DNA of 64,000 nucleotides from Utricularia gibba. Taxonomy: Eukaryota; Plantae; Magnoliophyta. The notes under the pieces were generated by a model. That model saw only the letters and a program-made list of their open reading frames with translations, had not been told where the DNA came from and did no database searches. Below, piece after piece: positions 37,543 to 51,135 of the stretch. The stretch lies in NCBI GenBank assembly GCA_002189035.1, contig CM007989.1, positions 2,914,001-2,978,000 of the forward strand. Reading direction: 5' to 3'. Each line of letters opens with the position of its first letter. Position 1 is the stretch's first letter. A program made the position numbers and the translations under genes.

Positions 37543-40500
37543 ATGATAGCTTTTTCCTCATTTCCGGTGGCCTATGGTCACATTTCTCACCGGCGTTTTG
37601 TTCCATTCGGTACACATCGGAAGTTTCCGGCGAGACCCCATTTTTCGCCCCCTTACTTCGTCTTGAGGGGCAAGAAGGCTTTAGTTTCGTGTCAGATAAA
37701 CCAGAATAGTCTGAGAAGCTTGTTTCCTGGCGGCTACAAGCGTCCGGAGATCAAAGTCCCCGGTTTCGTTCTGCAGTTGAGCGCCGATGAAGTTGATAAT
37801 AGTTTTCTCGATCTCATTGACAGCGCTGTTTCTGGTAGAGTCGGAATTGTGGTCCTCACGGGAAGCGACGGCCGTGGCAAGAGGTTGTTCGAGGCGGCGT
37901 GTTTGTTGAAGTCGGTCATTAGGGACCGGGCTTACTTATTGATTGATGAGCGAGTCGACATTGCTTCTGCAGTAAACGCTAGCGGCGTTTTGCTCTCTGA
38001 TCAAGGTTTGAATGCCCACTTTTTTTTTTAGTTTCTACATCTGTTGCCTAAGATTATTCATTTTCTTTGTAGGGCTTCCAACGATTGTGGCAAGGAATGC
38101 ACTGATGGGCGTGGGAAATGATTCGGTTGTTCTTCCTTTGGTTGGGAGAAGGGTTGAAACTGAAGAAGCTGCGTTAGAAGCTTGCGGTACTGAGGGTGCT
38201 GATTTTCTCATCATAAACGAAAAGGACGGCTGTTCGGAGGAGCTTGCATGCTTGATTTCTGAGCGTGTGAAAATTCCAATCTTTGTGATGCCTGGTTCTC
38301 TCAGGGAAGGAATGTCCTTGCATTCGAATGATTTAAGTCCAGGAGTTAGTGGTTTTGTTCTTTCTGTTAACCAATTAAACTTATCAGAAAGAGATTCGTC
38401 GTGGACGTTGCTTCATATAGATGAGAAAATAGAGGGTGAAACTCCTGGTTTATGGAAATCGGAAACTGTAGATTTAGAAGATGGTCTAGATGGAAAGAAA
38501 AAGGTTGCTACTTTTTCTCGGCTGGAAGAGAGAGCAGGAGTTTTGATAGAAAAAGAGCGCAGAATTTTGCTTGAAGCAATCGATGTTATCCAAAGAGCTG
38601 CACCTCTGGTGATCTTTTATTGCTAATTGTTGGAAGTTAAGGGTGTGATTGATTTGCCTTCATTCCTGCTGCTTGTATTTTGCAACTGCTGACATCTTTT
38701 CTCCCAAAACGGCAGATGGAGGATATTTCACTTCTCAAAGATGCTGTTTCTCAGCTTGATGATCCATTTTTACTGGTCATAGTGGTAATTGTGTGCTGAA
38801 ACTCGACAAATTCTGGTTCTCCTGATATACATGGGTATTAGTTCTTAATTTCTGTGCATTTTCTGCTCCTATAGTTCCCATATCTGACCTGATTCCATTG
38901 AATATTTTATTGTGAACAGAAAAGAGGAATGTAGCCTGTACCACTTCAAATTTTCTCCCTAGTACATCTAACTAAATGTGTGCCTGTTGGTCCGTGTAGT
39001 TTGCATATAGTTGTCATTACACTTACAACACTAGGTGTGCAATTAGTATATCTGTTTGTAGATATAAAGTTTGGTTTTAACTGATACAGATATTGTTGTT
39101 GAATCCATATTGGTGTTTATATTGCTTTTCTAGGTTGTATGCAAGTAACATGTTTTGGGTGCTAGAAGAGATTTATGTTTTAGACAACAGAAATGTTATG
39201 GGGTTTCATACTCTTTCATGTCACCAGGGAGAATTCAACTCTGGGAAGTCTAGCTTCATCAATGCTTTTCTTGGGGACAGATATTTGGCTGATGGAGTTG
39301 TTCCTACGACTAATGAGATTACCTTTCTACGCTACTCTGAGTCAGAGAGTGGTGGTCATCGTTGTGAAAGGCTTCTTGATGGTCAATACACATGCTACAT
39401 ACCTGCCCCTGTTCTGAAAGAAGTGAGTTCCGTTGCCTTCTAAATCATCTTCATCATTCAGATCTGAACTTTTGTATAAATGATGGTCACTGATTATACT
39501 TGTTTGAACCTATTATAATTCTTCTCCTCTCTGTTGGCGTCAGATTGTAATTGTAGATACTCCTGGAACAAATGTGATTCTTCAGAGGCAACAGCGTCTC
39601 ACAGAGGAATTTCTTCCTCGTGCAGATCTTCTTTTTTTTGTTATGTCGGCTGATCGACCATTGACTGAAAGTGAGGTATTCTGCTGATTCTCAATTTTCT
39701 GTAAATGCATGATACCTCTAACACACTAATCCATTGTGTCTCTCTTTCTATTGTCCTTAATCACAAGGGCTAACTTATGTTCATTGCTATACCTCACAGG
39801 TCGTGTTTCTCCGGTACAGTCAGCGATGGAAGAAGAAAATTGTTTTTGTGCTCAATAAATCCGATCTTTACAGGAATGAGGAAGAGGTTAGAGCTAGCAT
39901 TTATACTTTCCCACATAATGATGCCAATCGTCTTGTGAAGGAATCAGGGGTATCCTAGATTTAAAGTTTTTTTTTGCAACTTGCGGTTGCAGCTTGTAGA
40001 AGCTGTTTCATTCATCAAGGAAAATACTCAAAAGATGCTGAATGCTGAAAATGTAATCTTATACCCTGTATCTGCCCGAAGCGCTCTCGAGGCAAAGCTT
40101 TTGGGTTTAAATGATCCAGAACAGCAAGAGCAGCTCAAGAATTCTCCCTATCCCGGGGCCAACAAGTTTAACGATCTTGAAAAGTACTTGCACAGTTTTT
40201 TGGATTCCTCCACAAGTAATGGCATTGAAAGAATAAAGCTTAAGTTGGAAACTCCAGTTAAGATTGCTGAGCAGATACTTTCGGCTTGTCTGAGACTTGC
40301 AAGGGAGGAGTGCCAGCAGACTGAACAGGATTTGGTGCGGGTCAACGATGTTTTAATGAGCTTGGAGGAGTATGCGATGAGGGTGGAAAATGAGAGCATT
40401 GCTTGGAAACGAAAAATTTTATCTTTGGTAAGATTGCATCATCCTTTTTTCTTGTGTTTTCTTTTCGCCAGATTCCTTTGGCAAGTTACGTGAAACTTTG

Positions 40501-41554
40501 CTCTCACAGATTGATAATACACTGTCAAGTGCGATCAAAGTTGCAGAATCTTCTTTGAGACTATCAAATGTTGACCTTGTTAGTTCATACCTTCTGAGTA
40601 GAGATAAATCTGTACAAATGCCTGCATCCTTGAGGTTTCAAAAGGAAATAATAGATCCTGCGGTTTCAGAAGTTCAGGTGAGCACATGGAATTCCGAAGC
40701 CATCTTTTTGGTTGTGTTTTCACATTGAGGGTTGTATCATTATTTTGGACATAGAAACTTCTTGGTGAATACTCTCAATGGCTACAATCGAGTAGTGCTC
40801 GGAAAGGAGATGTTTATAGAGAATCATTTGAGAAAAGATGGCCTGCAGTTGATGTACCTATCCAGACTCAGATGACAGCTCGTGAGTTGCTAAGGAGCAG
40901 GCATGAAGCAGGATTAAGTGTCATTGGAGAGTTCAGTGCTTCTGCTGCTACCAAACTGTTGGATCAAGAGATTCTTGAAGTGGTACATTCCTTGCTAAAA
41001 CTTCTCATTGTTCGTTCCATGTGTTTGTATTGCGTGTAATCTCTCCGTTTTACAATATTCTCCAGTTCCTGAGCACATACGGTGGACTCGGAGCCGCCGG
41101 CCTGTCTGCCTCCCTCTTGACCTCTGTCTTGCCTACTACTCTGGAAGATCTCCTTGCTTTAGGACTTTGTTCTGCTGGAGGGTAAATCTCCCTCCATCAT
41201 CTTTCACTTCTTTATCCACATTCTGCCCATCGTTTTCGTTAGTGACTGATCATCAACTGCAGTTTTCTAGCGATTTCGAACTTCCCAAGTCGTAGGCGAC
41301 GAACCATCGACAAACTGAAGAGAAGTGCGGATGCATTGGCCCGTGAACTCGAGGGAGCCATGGAGAAGGATCTCCGGGAGAGCAGTGATTCTTTGAACAA
41401 GTTCGTGACACTCATTAGCCAACCGTACAGAGAAATGGCTGAAGAAAGGGTGAAGAGAACTGTGGACACCTTGAATGAAATAGCAGACATTCAGGAAAAA
41501 CTTGCGTCCTTGCAAACTGAAATTCAGAATCTTCATCTCCCAATACAGCAGTAG
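37543..41554 (+). CDS. FZL: FZO-like dynamin-related GTPase, chloroplastic (11 exons)
   Basis: Motifs LFPGGYKRPEIKVP, VIRDRAYLLIDERVDIA, P-loop GEFNSGKSS, GVVPTTNEIT, IVDTPGTNVILQRQQRLTEEF, VLNKSD, and the transmembrane region GGLGAAGLSASLLTSVLPTTLEDLLALGLCSAG. Confidence 0.95.
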
Positions 41555-41880
41555 GTCGTTTTAAGCTGCGTGTTTGTTTCCTTTCTTCCCATTTATATGT
41601 AGAATGAGATAAATCCAAAATTGCTCTGTGAAACGTTCCCTTCCAGTTTCATCGCTACCCATTCTTATAGACAGAAAATGTCATTTTCCGCCGGAATGAG
41701 AATACAAACATATTTTGTCTTCCCTTTCATTCGAGTTATCCACAACTAGGCGTCGCCGAATCTCCGTCGTTGAGGATCTTTTGTTGGTGTGGTGATTACA
41801 TATTCGTCGGCGTTTCTGAAACTTCGGAATCGCACAAGGTTTAGAAGCTTCCCCCTTTCATTTCTGCAGCCTTCGATTCG

Positions 41881-44800
41881 ATGTCCCGGTTGGTTTTACC
41901 CTACAAAGTTTCGAGCTTGTCGAGGACTTCGCTCCTGGGTTTTGTCTCTTCCGTTCCTGTGATTACTCTCCCTCCGTTTTTTCTGTATTTCTCATTTCTG
42001 GAGTTACTAGTCATGATGGGAGGGGAGGAAAAATGGGGAATCTTTTTATATTTTTCAACATGAAGTTAATTGCTTTTTGATATGGATAATGTGATCACCT
42101 TGACTTTTTAGTGCCTGTATGAAAATCCGTTTTCTCCTGTTTGGTTGTACTGGATTTTCAGCCTCCGGGAAGTTATCATTCAATCGGGTGTCGTCGGGAA
42201 GTTATTCAAAGGTCCAAACGGTTCTGTTTTACCGCGGTATGCCAATTTTAGTGATGCGCATGTTAGTACTTCGCTGCTGTGTTCTTTCTTTATGCTGCTG
42301 TTTATCAATCTCTTTTTTTGGGTCAGGTAAACAACTTGAGGAAATATAGGCGACAGAATTATTCAGGCCCTGTAAGACTACCTTTTCACCCAAATAACGA
42401 TACTTCCACCCAGATTTTCTGGAACAATGACGCGTTTGTATGGTTTTCACATTAATTAGGGTGTTTCAACTGGTAGTATCTGTCGGAGGTTGATCTGTTC
42501 TGTGGCAACAGAATCGGGAAGAATGAAAGTTCAGGAATTTGCTACGGATACCCCAAAAGAGATCTTTCTGAAGGATTACAAGCAACCTGATTACTTTTTT
42601 GAGAAGGTAATGTCGTTATCAACTATTCTCTTTTTTATCATCTAAGCACTGATCTGTTGACTTGAACTTTCCCTAGGTTGATTTGAAGTTTACCCTGGGT
42701 GAAGAAAAGACAACTGTACTTGCCAAAATCTATGCATATCCCAGGATTGAAGGTATTCTCTTTTGATGGGTACTGGCCCCATTTGTTGATGAAAAAGTTG
42801 ATTCGTTGTGAGAAATCTTGTGGTTTCTAATCTGTTTAAGTCCTTTGTGTAGACGTTCTTCTTGGTGGAATTTTTTTTAATACAGTATGTATTTAGTGCT
42901 ATGATCATAGTAGAATCGGCCATGATCTGTTTTGCTATTTATGTTGTCATACTCTAACAATGCTTTCTGAACTTTGTTAGTTCAAAAAAAAAAGCATATG
43001 ATGGTCTTTGCATATAGGTTCTTCTTCTCAGCTAGTCTTGGATGGAGTTGATCTGAAATTGATTTCACTTCATTGCAATGGGGAGGAAATAAAGGTGAGA
43101 CTTTTTTCATTGAAACCTTTTGAAATGACATCCCACCCTGGGAAACAAGCGCCATAACATCGCTTGTATTTTGGGAAACTGAACTCACAGGAGAATGAAT
43201 ATCATGTTGACTCAAGACATCTGATTCTTTTCTCACCTCCAAGTGGAAAATTTACTTTGGATATTGTTACTGAAATCTACCCACAAAAAAATACTTCTCT
43301 AGAGGTACGATGAATGTTACTGTTGAAAAAAATAAGGCTGCTCAACTTTCCCTAAGTTTGTTATATTTCCTGATGCAGGGTCTCTACAAATCGTCTGGTA
43401 ATTTCTGCACTCAGTGTGAAGCAGAAGGTTTCAGGAAAATTACATATTATCAGGTATCTTGAATAGCAGTTGGAGGAACTTTTGTGTTGTTCTGGGTCCT
43501 GAGGGGTTAAACTTAGTTTCTCTTCACGAATTCAGGATCGTCCAGATATCATGGCAAAGTACACTGTTCGTATTGAAGGTGACAAATCATTATATCCCGT
43601 TTTACTCTCTAATGGAAATCTCATTGAGCAAGGGAACTTGGAGGTCGTTTTTCCTGATACTGATGTTTCCTTTTACTTACAACTTCATCTGAATGGATTC
43701 CCTCATCAATCCAGGGGAACAGGCATTATGCTGTATGGGAAGACCCTTTTGTCAAACCTTGTTACCTTTTTGCATTGGTAGCTGGGCAATTGAAATGCAG
43801 AGAAGATAGTTTTTTGACCCGATCAGGTCGAAAGGTCTTGCTTAGAATCTGGACACCAGAGCAAGATCTTCCAAAAACTGCCCATGCAATGTACTCTCTG
43901 AAAGCTGCTATGAAATGGGATGAAGATGTAAGATGCAATGCATTACTTTTTGTGAAGAAATTATTCAAAGAAAGATAATGAGTTAATTTGGCTACTATTT
44001 ATGTGCAGGTCTTCGGTCTAGAATATGACTTAGATCTCTTCAACATTGTAGCTGTCCCTGATTTTAACATGTGAGATGCACCCTCTTTATTAGTTGCTTT
44101 TCATCATAATCAATATACAAATCTCTTTCCTTATTGAATGTTTTCTACACAGGGGTGCCATGGAGAACAAGAGTTTAAATGTATTCTAAAAACTGGACAT
44201 CATCTTTCGTTATAATAACTCTGTTGCTATTTCTTGATGCTAACACTTTTATTTTGTGGCACGGAGATTTTTAATTCAAAGCTTGTGTTGGCATCTCCGG
44301 AGACTGCAACTGATTCAGATTATGCTGCTATCTTGGGTGTGATTGGGCATGAGGTATGACTTCCTTGAATATTGCTGCTTGTTAGTTCTTTAGTTCTGTG
44401 TTAACTCTTATTAAAATTTTTATAAACCTTATGTGCCTTGTTTGCAGTATTTTCACAATTGGACTGGAAACAGGTCCGTTTTGATTGCTTTATTGATTGT
44501 GTTACTCAATTCTGTATTCATCATTGCGGTTGATTATGTATAGCATCTTTTTGTATGTCATTATATGCATACACATTTTCGTGCTCCAGAGTGACATGCC
44601 GTGATTGGTTCCAACTTAGTTTAAAGGAAGGTCTTACGGTTTTCCGTGATCAGGTGATTGTTGATCATTCTTTTTGGAATGCTCAGTCAACAAAACATTA
44701 ATGTGTTGTTTCCATGTAGGAATTTTCTTCTGATATGGGTAGCCGTACAGTGAAGCGAATAGCTGATGTTTCAACTCTGAGAAACTATCAATTTCCCCAG

Positions 44801-47800
44801 GTAGAAATCCTTTTGCATTGAACTGGCTATTTTGAAAGTTCAGCCGTGTTCCTTTTCTTTGCATGAGATAGATGTGAGATCCTTATTCTTTTGTGAACTG
44901 TGGATTTCCAGGATGCTGGTCCAATGGCCCATCCTGTTCGACCTCATTCTTATATCAAGGTCACAATTTTCTCTGTCCATTTCTCTCTTTCCAAACATTG
45001 CGCAATATATCAGATGGTTTTCCTGTAGCATGTTGAATCAATTTGTCAAATCTGACTGATATTAATTTTTTCATGCTTTCTCCTTTCAAAGATGGATAAC
45101 TTCTACACAGGTCAGTCCCCTGCTTCTCATACATTCTGTTGAATCCAAGTCCATAATTCTTTTAAATCTGCTAATGTCTTATTTGTTAATGATTTTGACA
45201 TGCATCCTGCAACCACTCCATAACACTCAGTGACGGTAAGCCTTCAAATTATTGATCTTCTTCGTATGTTTTTATCTTATCCATCTTGAGATGAACTAAT
45301 AATCGTTTTTTTATTTTTTCGATCCCTCGTCACCAGGTGTACGAAAAGGTTTGTTTTTCTCTGACCTGCATTTTTGAATCTATCTGAAATGTATTCTCGC
45401 ATGTTGGTTGACAATTTTAAATTTTCATGCTCATCAGGGTGCCGAGGTGGTTAGGATGTACAAGACATTGCTGGGTACTTCTGGGTTTAGGAAGGTAGTA
45501 AACAGTTTTCATCCATCCACCACCATCAAGTTCAAAGTGAATATATCATGGTTCTCAAGTGCCCGCTATTCATTTCTCCTTCAGGGCATGGATTTATACT
45601 TCAAGAGACATGACGGGCAAGCTGTCACGTGTGAGGATTTCTTTGCTGCCATGAGAGATGCTAATGGAGCAGAGTTTTCTAATTTCCTACTATGGTATTC
45701 TATCCTTCATCTTAAAGGATTCAGTTTTTTTTTTTCTGTTTCTTTGTGCTGATATTTCTGGTCACTTAATGAAGGTATTCCCAAGCTGGTACACCCTCAC
45801 TGAAGGTTTCTTCTTCCTATGATGCACAGGCGAAGAGTTTTACCCTGAAGTTCAGGTAGAATCCAATAGACCTTTGCGTTTCGTGCGCTCTTGAAAATTA
45901 AACATCATCATATGCTACCATCCTCTAACAAGTATTGTAATTTGTTGATGAGTAACAAATATTTTTGCAGCCAAGACGTTCCTCCAACTCCCCATCAGCC
46001 CCTCAAGGAACCCATGTTTATTCCTGTAGCTTTGGGTCTGCTTGGTTCCAATGGCCAAGATCTTCCCTTATCCTCCGTTCATCACAATGGGAAGATAGAG
46101 AATATTACAAACAATGGTCAGCCATTGACCACAGCCATTCTTAGAGTGACAGAGGTAAGTCAGCAAGTACTAACACCGCTTTCAACTGCATAGAGGCTGG
46201 CTGGTTTAGATGGAACTGCGATGCAATCAAATTATTGCTTAAGACATGTGCTGAAGTCACAGAGTTCAAGGGATTTCTCTTTATCAATTGATCTGGCTAA
46301 CCAACCCTAATATTTGTTCTCTTTTTTTTTATGAAATTTAACTTAATATGCACATGATGAACAACCATTTTTTCCCTTCTGTAGAAAGAAGAAGAATTTG
46401 TGTTCTCAGACATCTCAGAACGCCCCGTGCCTTCCTTGCTTAGAGGCTTCAGTGCACCCGTTCGTCTGGATACGGATCTTACCGACTCTGATTTGTACTT
46501 CCTCCTTGCAAATGATTCTGATGAATTCAATCGGTATGTGATTTGAAATATAACAATGTTTGCATAATACATGAGGAAAAATGGTAACTCTGCGTTTATA
46601 CAAAAAGAAAACTAATTGCCTTTACTGCACTTAGTTGGGAGGCTGGCCAAGTGTTAGCTAGAAAGCTGATGCTGGGTTTGGTACATGATTTTCAACAAAA
46701 CAAGCCACTGACTCTGAACCCAAAATTCTTGCATGGCATCAGAAGCATTCTATGCAACACGAGCTTGGATAAGGTATTTCACAGTGAATGTTACTGGTTA
46801 AGTGAAATTCTTGGTTGACTGCAGTTGTTTTTTTTTTTTTTTCTAGGAATTTGTTGCAAAGGCAATTACCTTACCTGGTATTGGGGAAATCATGGACATG
46901 ATGGAAGTCGCTGACCCTGATGCTGTCCATGCAGTTAGAGTGTTCATCAGAAAGCAAATTGCGTCTGAGTTGAAACAAGAGTTTATCAAGACGGTATGAA
47001 CTTATACACGGCCCAAATGGTATCCGTTTTTTGATACTTGTTGTGTGTGCTGACCTATTCGTCGACAGCATCTAGATTTTGTGCCTCTTTTTATTTTATT
47101 GTTGTTCCTGCATAAAGAATGTAACTTGTCAGTCGTCTGTGATCTGTTCCTATGAAGTGGCACTACGTGCTCTTGCATTTATACTTTGCAGGTTCAAAAT
47201 AATAGAAGCTCAGAAGAGTACGAGTTCAACCACTCAAATATGGCGAGGCGTGCTCTTAAAAATGTTGCCCTTGGTATGACTCTTGTTTGCAAGGTATCTA
47301 AGCCCTCTTTTCATTACTGTCATCTGATGCGTATATGGGTCGTGTGTGCAGTATATCTTGGCTCTCTTGATGACCCAGAAACAATCGAGCTCGCATTACA
47401 TGAATACAGAACTGCTACAAATATGACTGAACAATTTGTTGCGCTTGTGGCTCTAGACCAGCAGCCTGGAAGTGTTCGCGATGAGGCGTTGGCTGATTTC
47501 TTTAGTAAATGGAAGCATGAATTCTTGGTAAACTCTTTGCACCATCAGTTCATTTATTGTTGCATCTGAGCCAGAAAGCAGCTAGCTATATGAACTACTT
47601 GGAGATGGCAGAAGCATGCTCCCATAATTCGTTAAAGTTCTGATCTTTCTGCCCCTGTAGGTTGTGAACAAATGGTTTGGGCTCCAAGCCATGTCAGACA
47701 TTCCTGGAAACGTTGAGAATGTCCGCCAACTCTTAAAACACCCTGCTTTCGACATGCGCAACCCCAACAAGGTAGATATAACCAGCATGGATGTTTTCCA

Positions 47801-48264
47801 TTCCTATGTGCTCATGTGCTGATCGAGCAGCGTGATGTGCAGGTTTATTCCCTCATTGGAGGATTCTGCGCATCCCCTGTCAATTTCCATGCAAAGGATG
47901 GATCAGGGTACAAGCTACTCGGAGAAGTGGTGGTGGAGCTGGACAAGCTGAACCCTCAGGTGAGAAAATACACTTCCACTTCATTCCTCCTGCTCTTCTT
48001 CCCTCTATGTGATCAAACAGCCCTCTTACTGGTCAACCACATCAGGTTGCATCGAGGATGGTCTCTGCACTGTCTCGGTGGAAGCGCTACGACGAAGCAC
48101 GCCAAAACCATGCAAAGGTAAATACTACACTTCTCTTCCTAGCAGATTGCAGCCAGAGTCACAAGAGCATGTGTGTTTCTCAGGGTGTGCTTGAAATGAT
48201 CATGGCCACCAATGGGCTCTCAGATAACGTCTTTGAGATCGCATCTAAGAGCCTGGCTCCTTGA
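41881..48264 (+). CDS. M1 zinc aminopeptidase (PepN-like) with N-terminal transit peptide; about 32 exons including microexons
   Basis: Motifs [40 protein letters not shown] (HExxH), [38 protein letters not shown] and C-terminal EIASKSLAP*. Confidence 0.95.
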
Positions 48265-48546
48265 TTTGTCTTTCATGCCAAGAGAAATGCACCAGCCAGG
48301 GCCAATGCTGTACTACATTGATATGATCCCAAAAAAGCACAAAGGATGTCAAGGGTACGGAGTAATCCCCAAGAAAGTTTTTTTCTTCAAACCCTAATTA
48401 AATGGATTGAGTCACTTAGGGCAAATACATTTGATTAATCAAGTAACCAACGCTATAGTGAAGTGTTTGTCGTCTACCTCCCACCTGTTATTTGTGTACA
48501 TATCTCACCAGAGCACGCGGCACTTGGCTAACCGTTTTTATCCTTC

Positions 48547-51135
48547 TTATTCGTCATCATCGCCCTCTCCATGAATGGTGTCGTCTTTCTTCACCGACTG
48601 TTCGCCGGCAGCCTTGCGATGTTTCTGCATCACGAGGACGGATGCCGTCGTTTTGAAGTCCGGAGAAATCAGCAAGTTGCCGACGGGGCCGAGCTCCGGG
48701 CACTCCATTCTCATGTTGAGCGTCTGTGCAACCTCACCCTCCACTGCTCTCCCGACTAAGTAGAGATTGCAATGATTGTAGTTGCGTATGGCTTCCATTA
48801 TTGCAGTGCTGTTGCTCACCTTTATCTCTTCGTAGTTGATGGAATCCTCCTCCTCTAACATCCTTTGTTGCAACTCCTGAATCATCTCTTCATCTGATCC
48901 CTGTGCGCTTGGCGGTTCTTGTTCAGCCTCTTCATTGATGTCGAGCTGCACGTTTTCCGGTTTGAACGAGGGATCTGCTACAAAGCGAATGACATTGAGG
49001 CGAATGCCGGGATGCTCTGCCATGAGGGTGCCGTAGGCTAGTGCCTCGCAATCGTCGTGGCCTCCGAAGAACAGAACTGTGACCATGTAATTGACGTTTC
49101 TGGCGGGAACTTGTGATATCCCGCCTAGGCCTCTGTCGACCAGTATCCCGACTGAGCATGGAGCGTCTCTGAGGACGCGCTTGTTCACGCCCCTGAAATC
49201 CTCTCTGGCCAGATCCAACTGACCGTCAAAGCGCTGGTGCTTGTGGAAGGGGAGGATTATGAGCGCAACGTGTTTCTCCGCTGCAGAAGCGCATATGTCT
49301 TCGTGCATCGTGGCGATCGGAGATATGACGGTGGCGGGGCGGATGGAGACTTGGCTGAGTTGGCGGAAGGCCTCGAAGGCGACAACTATTTGACTAGAGT
49401 CACTCGTCCGACCCTTGTTCCAGAAGGGCAAGCCGTTTCTGCGAACCTTGTGGACCATCAGAATCGCCGACGATCGCTCGGAGAGCTCCATTAGATGCAT
49501 AGCGAAGACGCGCAGCACGCCCAGCTTATTACCCTTTCCACGAGACGCTTCAATCAGATTGATGAGCGTGGGAATGTTTGACACACTGTGGAAGCATGTC
49601 ATCATCCTCAGCTGAGAGTCTGCATCCTTCCGCCGGATGGTTCTTTGTTTGTACTGCTCGGTTTTCACCGCCTCCGATGGCTTGTGCGACCATATCACAA
49701 GGGGAGTCGTGATGAAAGTCGTGAAAAGGGCCATCAGGACAAAGATAGCAAATGTTTGGTCATTCAAAACCTACAAAACAGAGAGATAGAGATGCGTGAA
49801 ATGTCTTCTTCTTCAGTGGAAAGGTACTGAATCAGTAAGATACTCGATACTCACCCCTCTGTTCTTGCCAATGTTGAGAACGATGAGCTCAACCAGTCCC
49901 TTTGTGTTCATCAGGAAACCCAGAGTGATGGCTTGTCGCAGGGGCATCTTCACGCTGAGAGAGACGCCCACCGTCCCCACAATCTTACCAAAGCAAGCTA
50001 CAAATATGATCAAGACAAGAAGCCCCCAGGATTTAACTCCTTTAATGGATGCCACGTTTGTGCTCAAGCCACTCAGCACGAAGTACAGAGGGAGAAAAAT
50101 CCCAGAAACGAGGTCCTCCACTTTCTCCACCAATGCATCTGCAAAGGCACCCTCTTTCGGGACGAGGACGCCAACCACAAATGCACCAAACAAGGCGTGG
50201 ATCCCGATCGTATCCGTCACAAAACCAGCAGCCAGCACCGCAACCAGCGTGCCGCAGATGAACAATTCATTCACAGGCTCACCAGCAGGGCACTGGCTCG
50301 AGATCCTTCGAAATATCGGAGGAAATATGAAGATGCTAATTACCAAGAAACCAGCACCGCAGAGGAGAACCCATAATGCAACGATCGGAGATTCATTATC
50401 CCCTGACAAAGCTACTGCAAGTGCGAGAAGAATCCATGCGACAACATCGTTCACCGCTGCTGCAGACATGGCTGTTCTTCCAATATCGGTAGTAAGAAGC
50501 TTTAGTTCTGCCAGAATCCGAGCCAGCACCGGGAATGCGGTGATCGATAACGCAACTCCCATGAACACGAGAAGTGGAGCTATATCCACACCTTTAGAGA
50601 TGGTTGATTTAAGCACGAAGGCTATGCCGATCCCGAGTGTAAAAGGCAAGCTGATTCCTCCGATCGCAATGCTCAGCGACTTCTTACTCGTACGCCTCAG
50701 AGCCTTGGGATCAAGCTCAACACCCACCAAGAACAGGAAGAAGAGCAGGCCGAGGTTAGCCAGGGTCCCCAGGATTGTGAGGCTAGATTTCGGAAACACC
50801 GCATTGAGATACTTGGTGTTGCGTCCCAAAGCAGATGGCCCAAGAAGGATACCTCCCTGCACACACCAATTATCAAGATTTCAGGCGTATAAACTCGACT
50901 TTGAAAGATTTCTGTATCCAGGGGGAGGATCCATGACTTACAATGATCTCCGCAACGACTCGCGGCTGCCGTAGCGGGCGGAGGGCGAAGGCCAGCACTC
51001 GAGTCAAGGTAAAGACGAGGCAAATCTGCACGATCAGGAGGGGAGCGCAGAGTGCAGGGGACTTTCGCTCTCTTGGAAGACGCCGTTAGATGTAACCGGA
51101 ACGGGCGCCGGACATTTCGTCACGTTCGAACTCAT
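48547..51135 (-). CDS. Cation/H+ exchanger CHX (CHX15-20 group), 3 exons; 1-nt frameshift near 51041
   Basis: Exons 50942-51135, 49855-50856 and 48547-49770. Motifs [20 protein letters not shown]|[78 protein letters not shown]. Confidence 0.94.
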
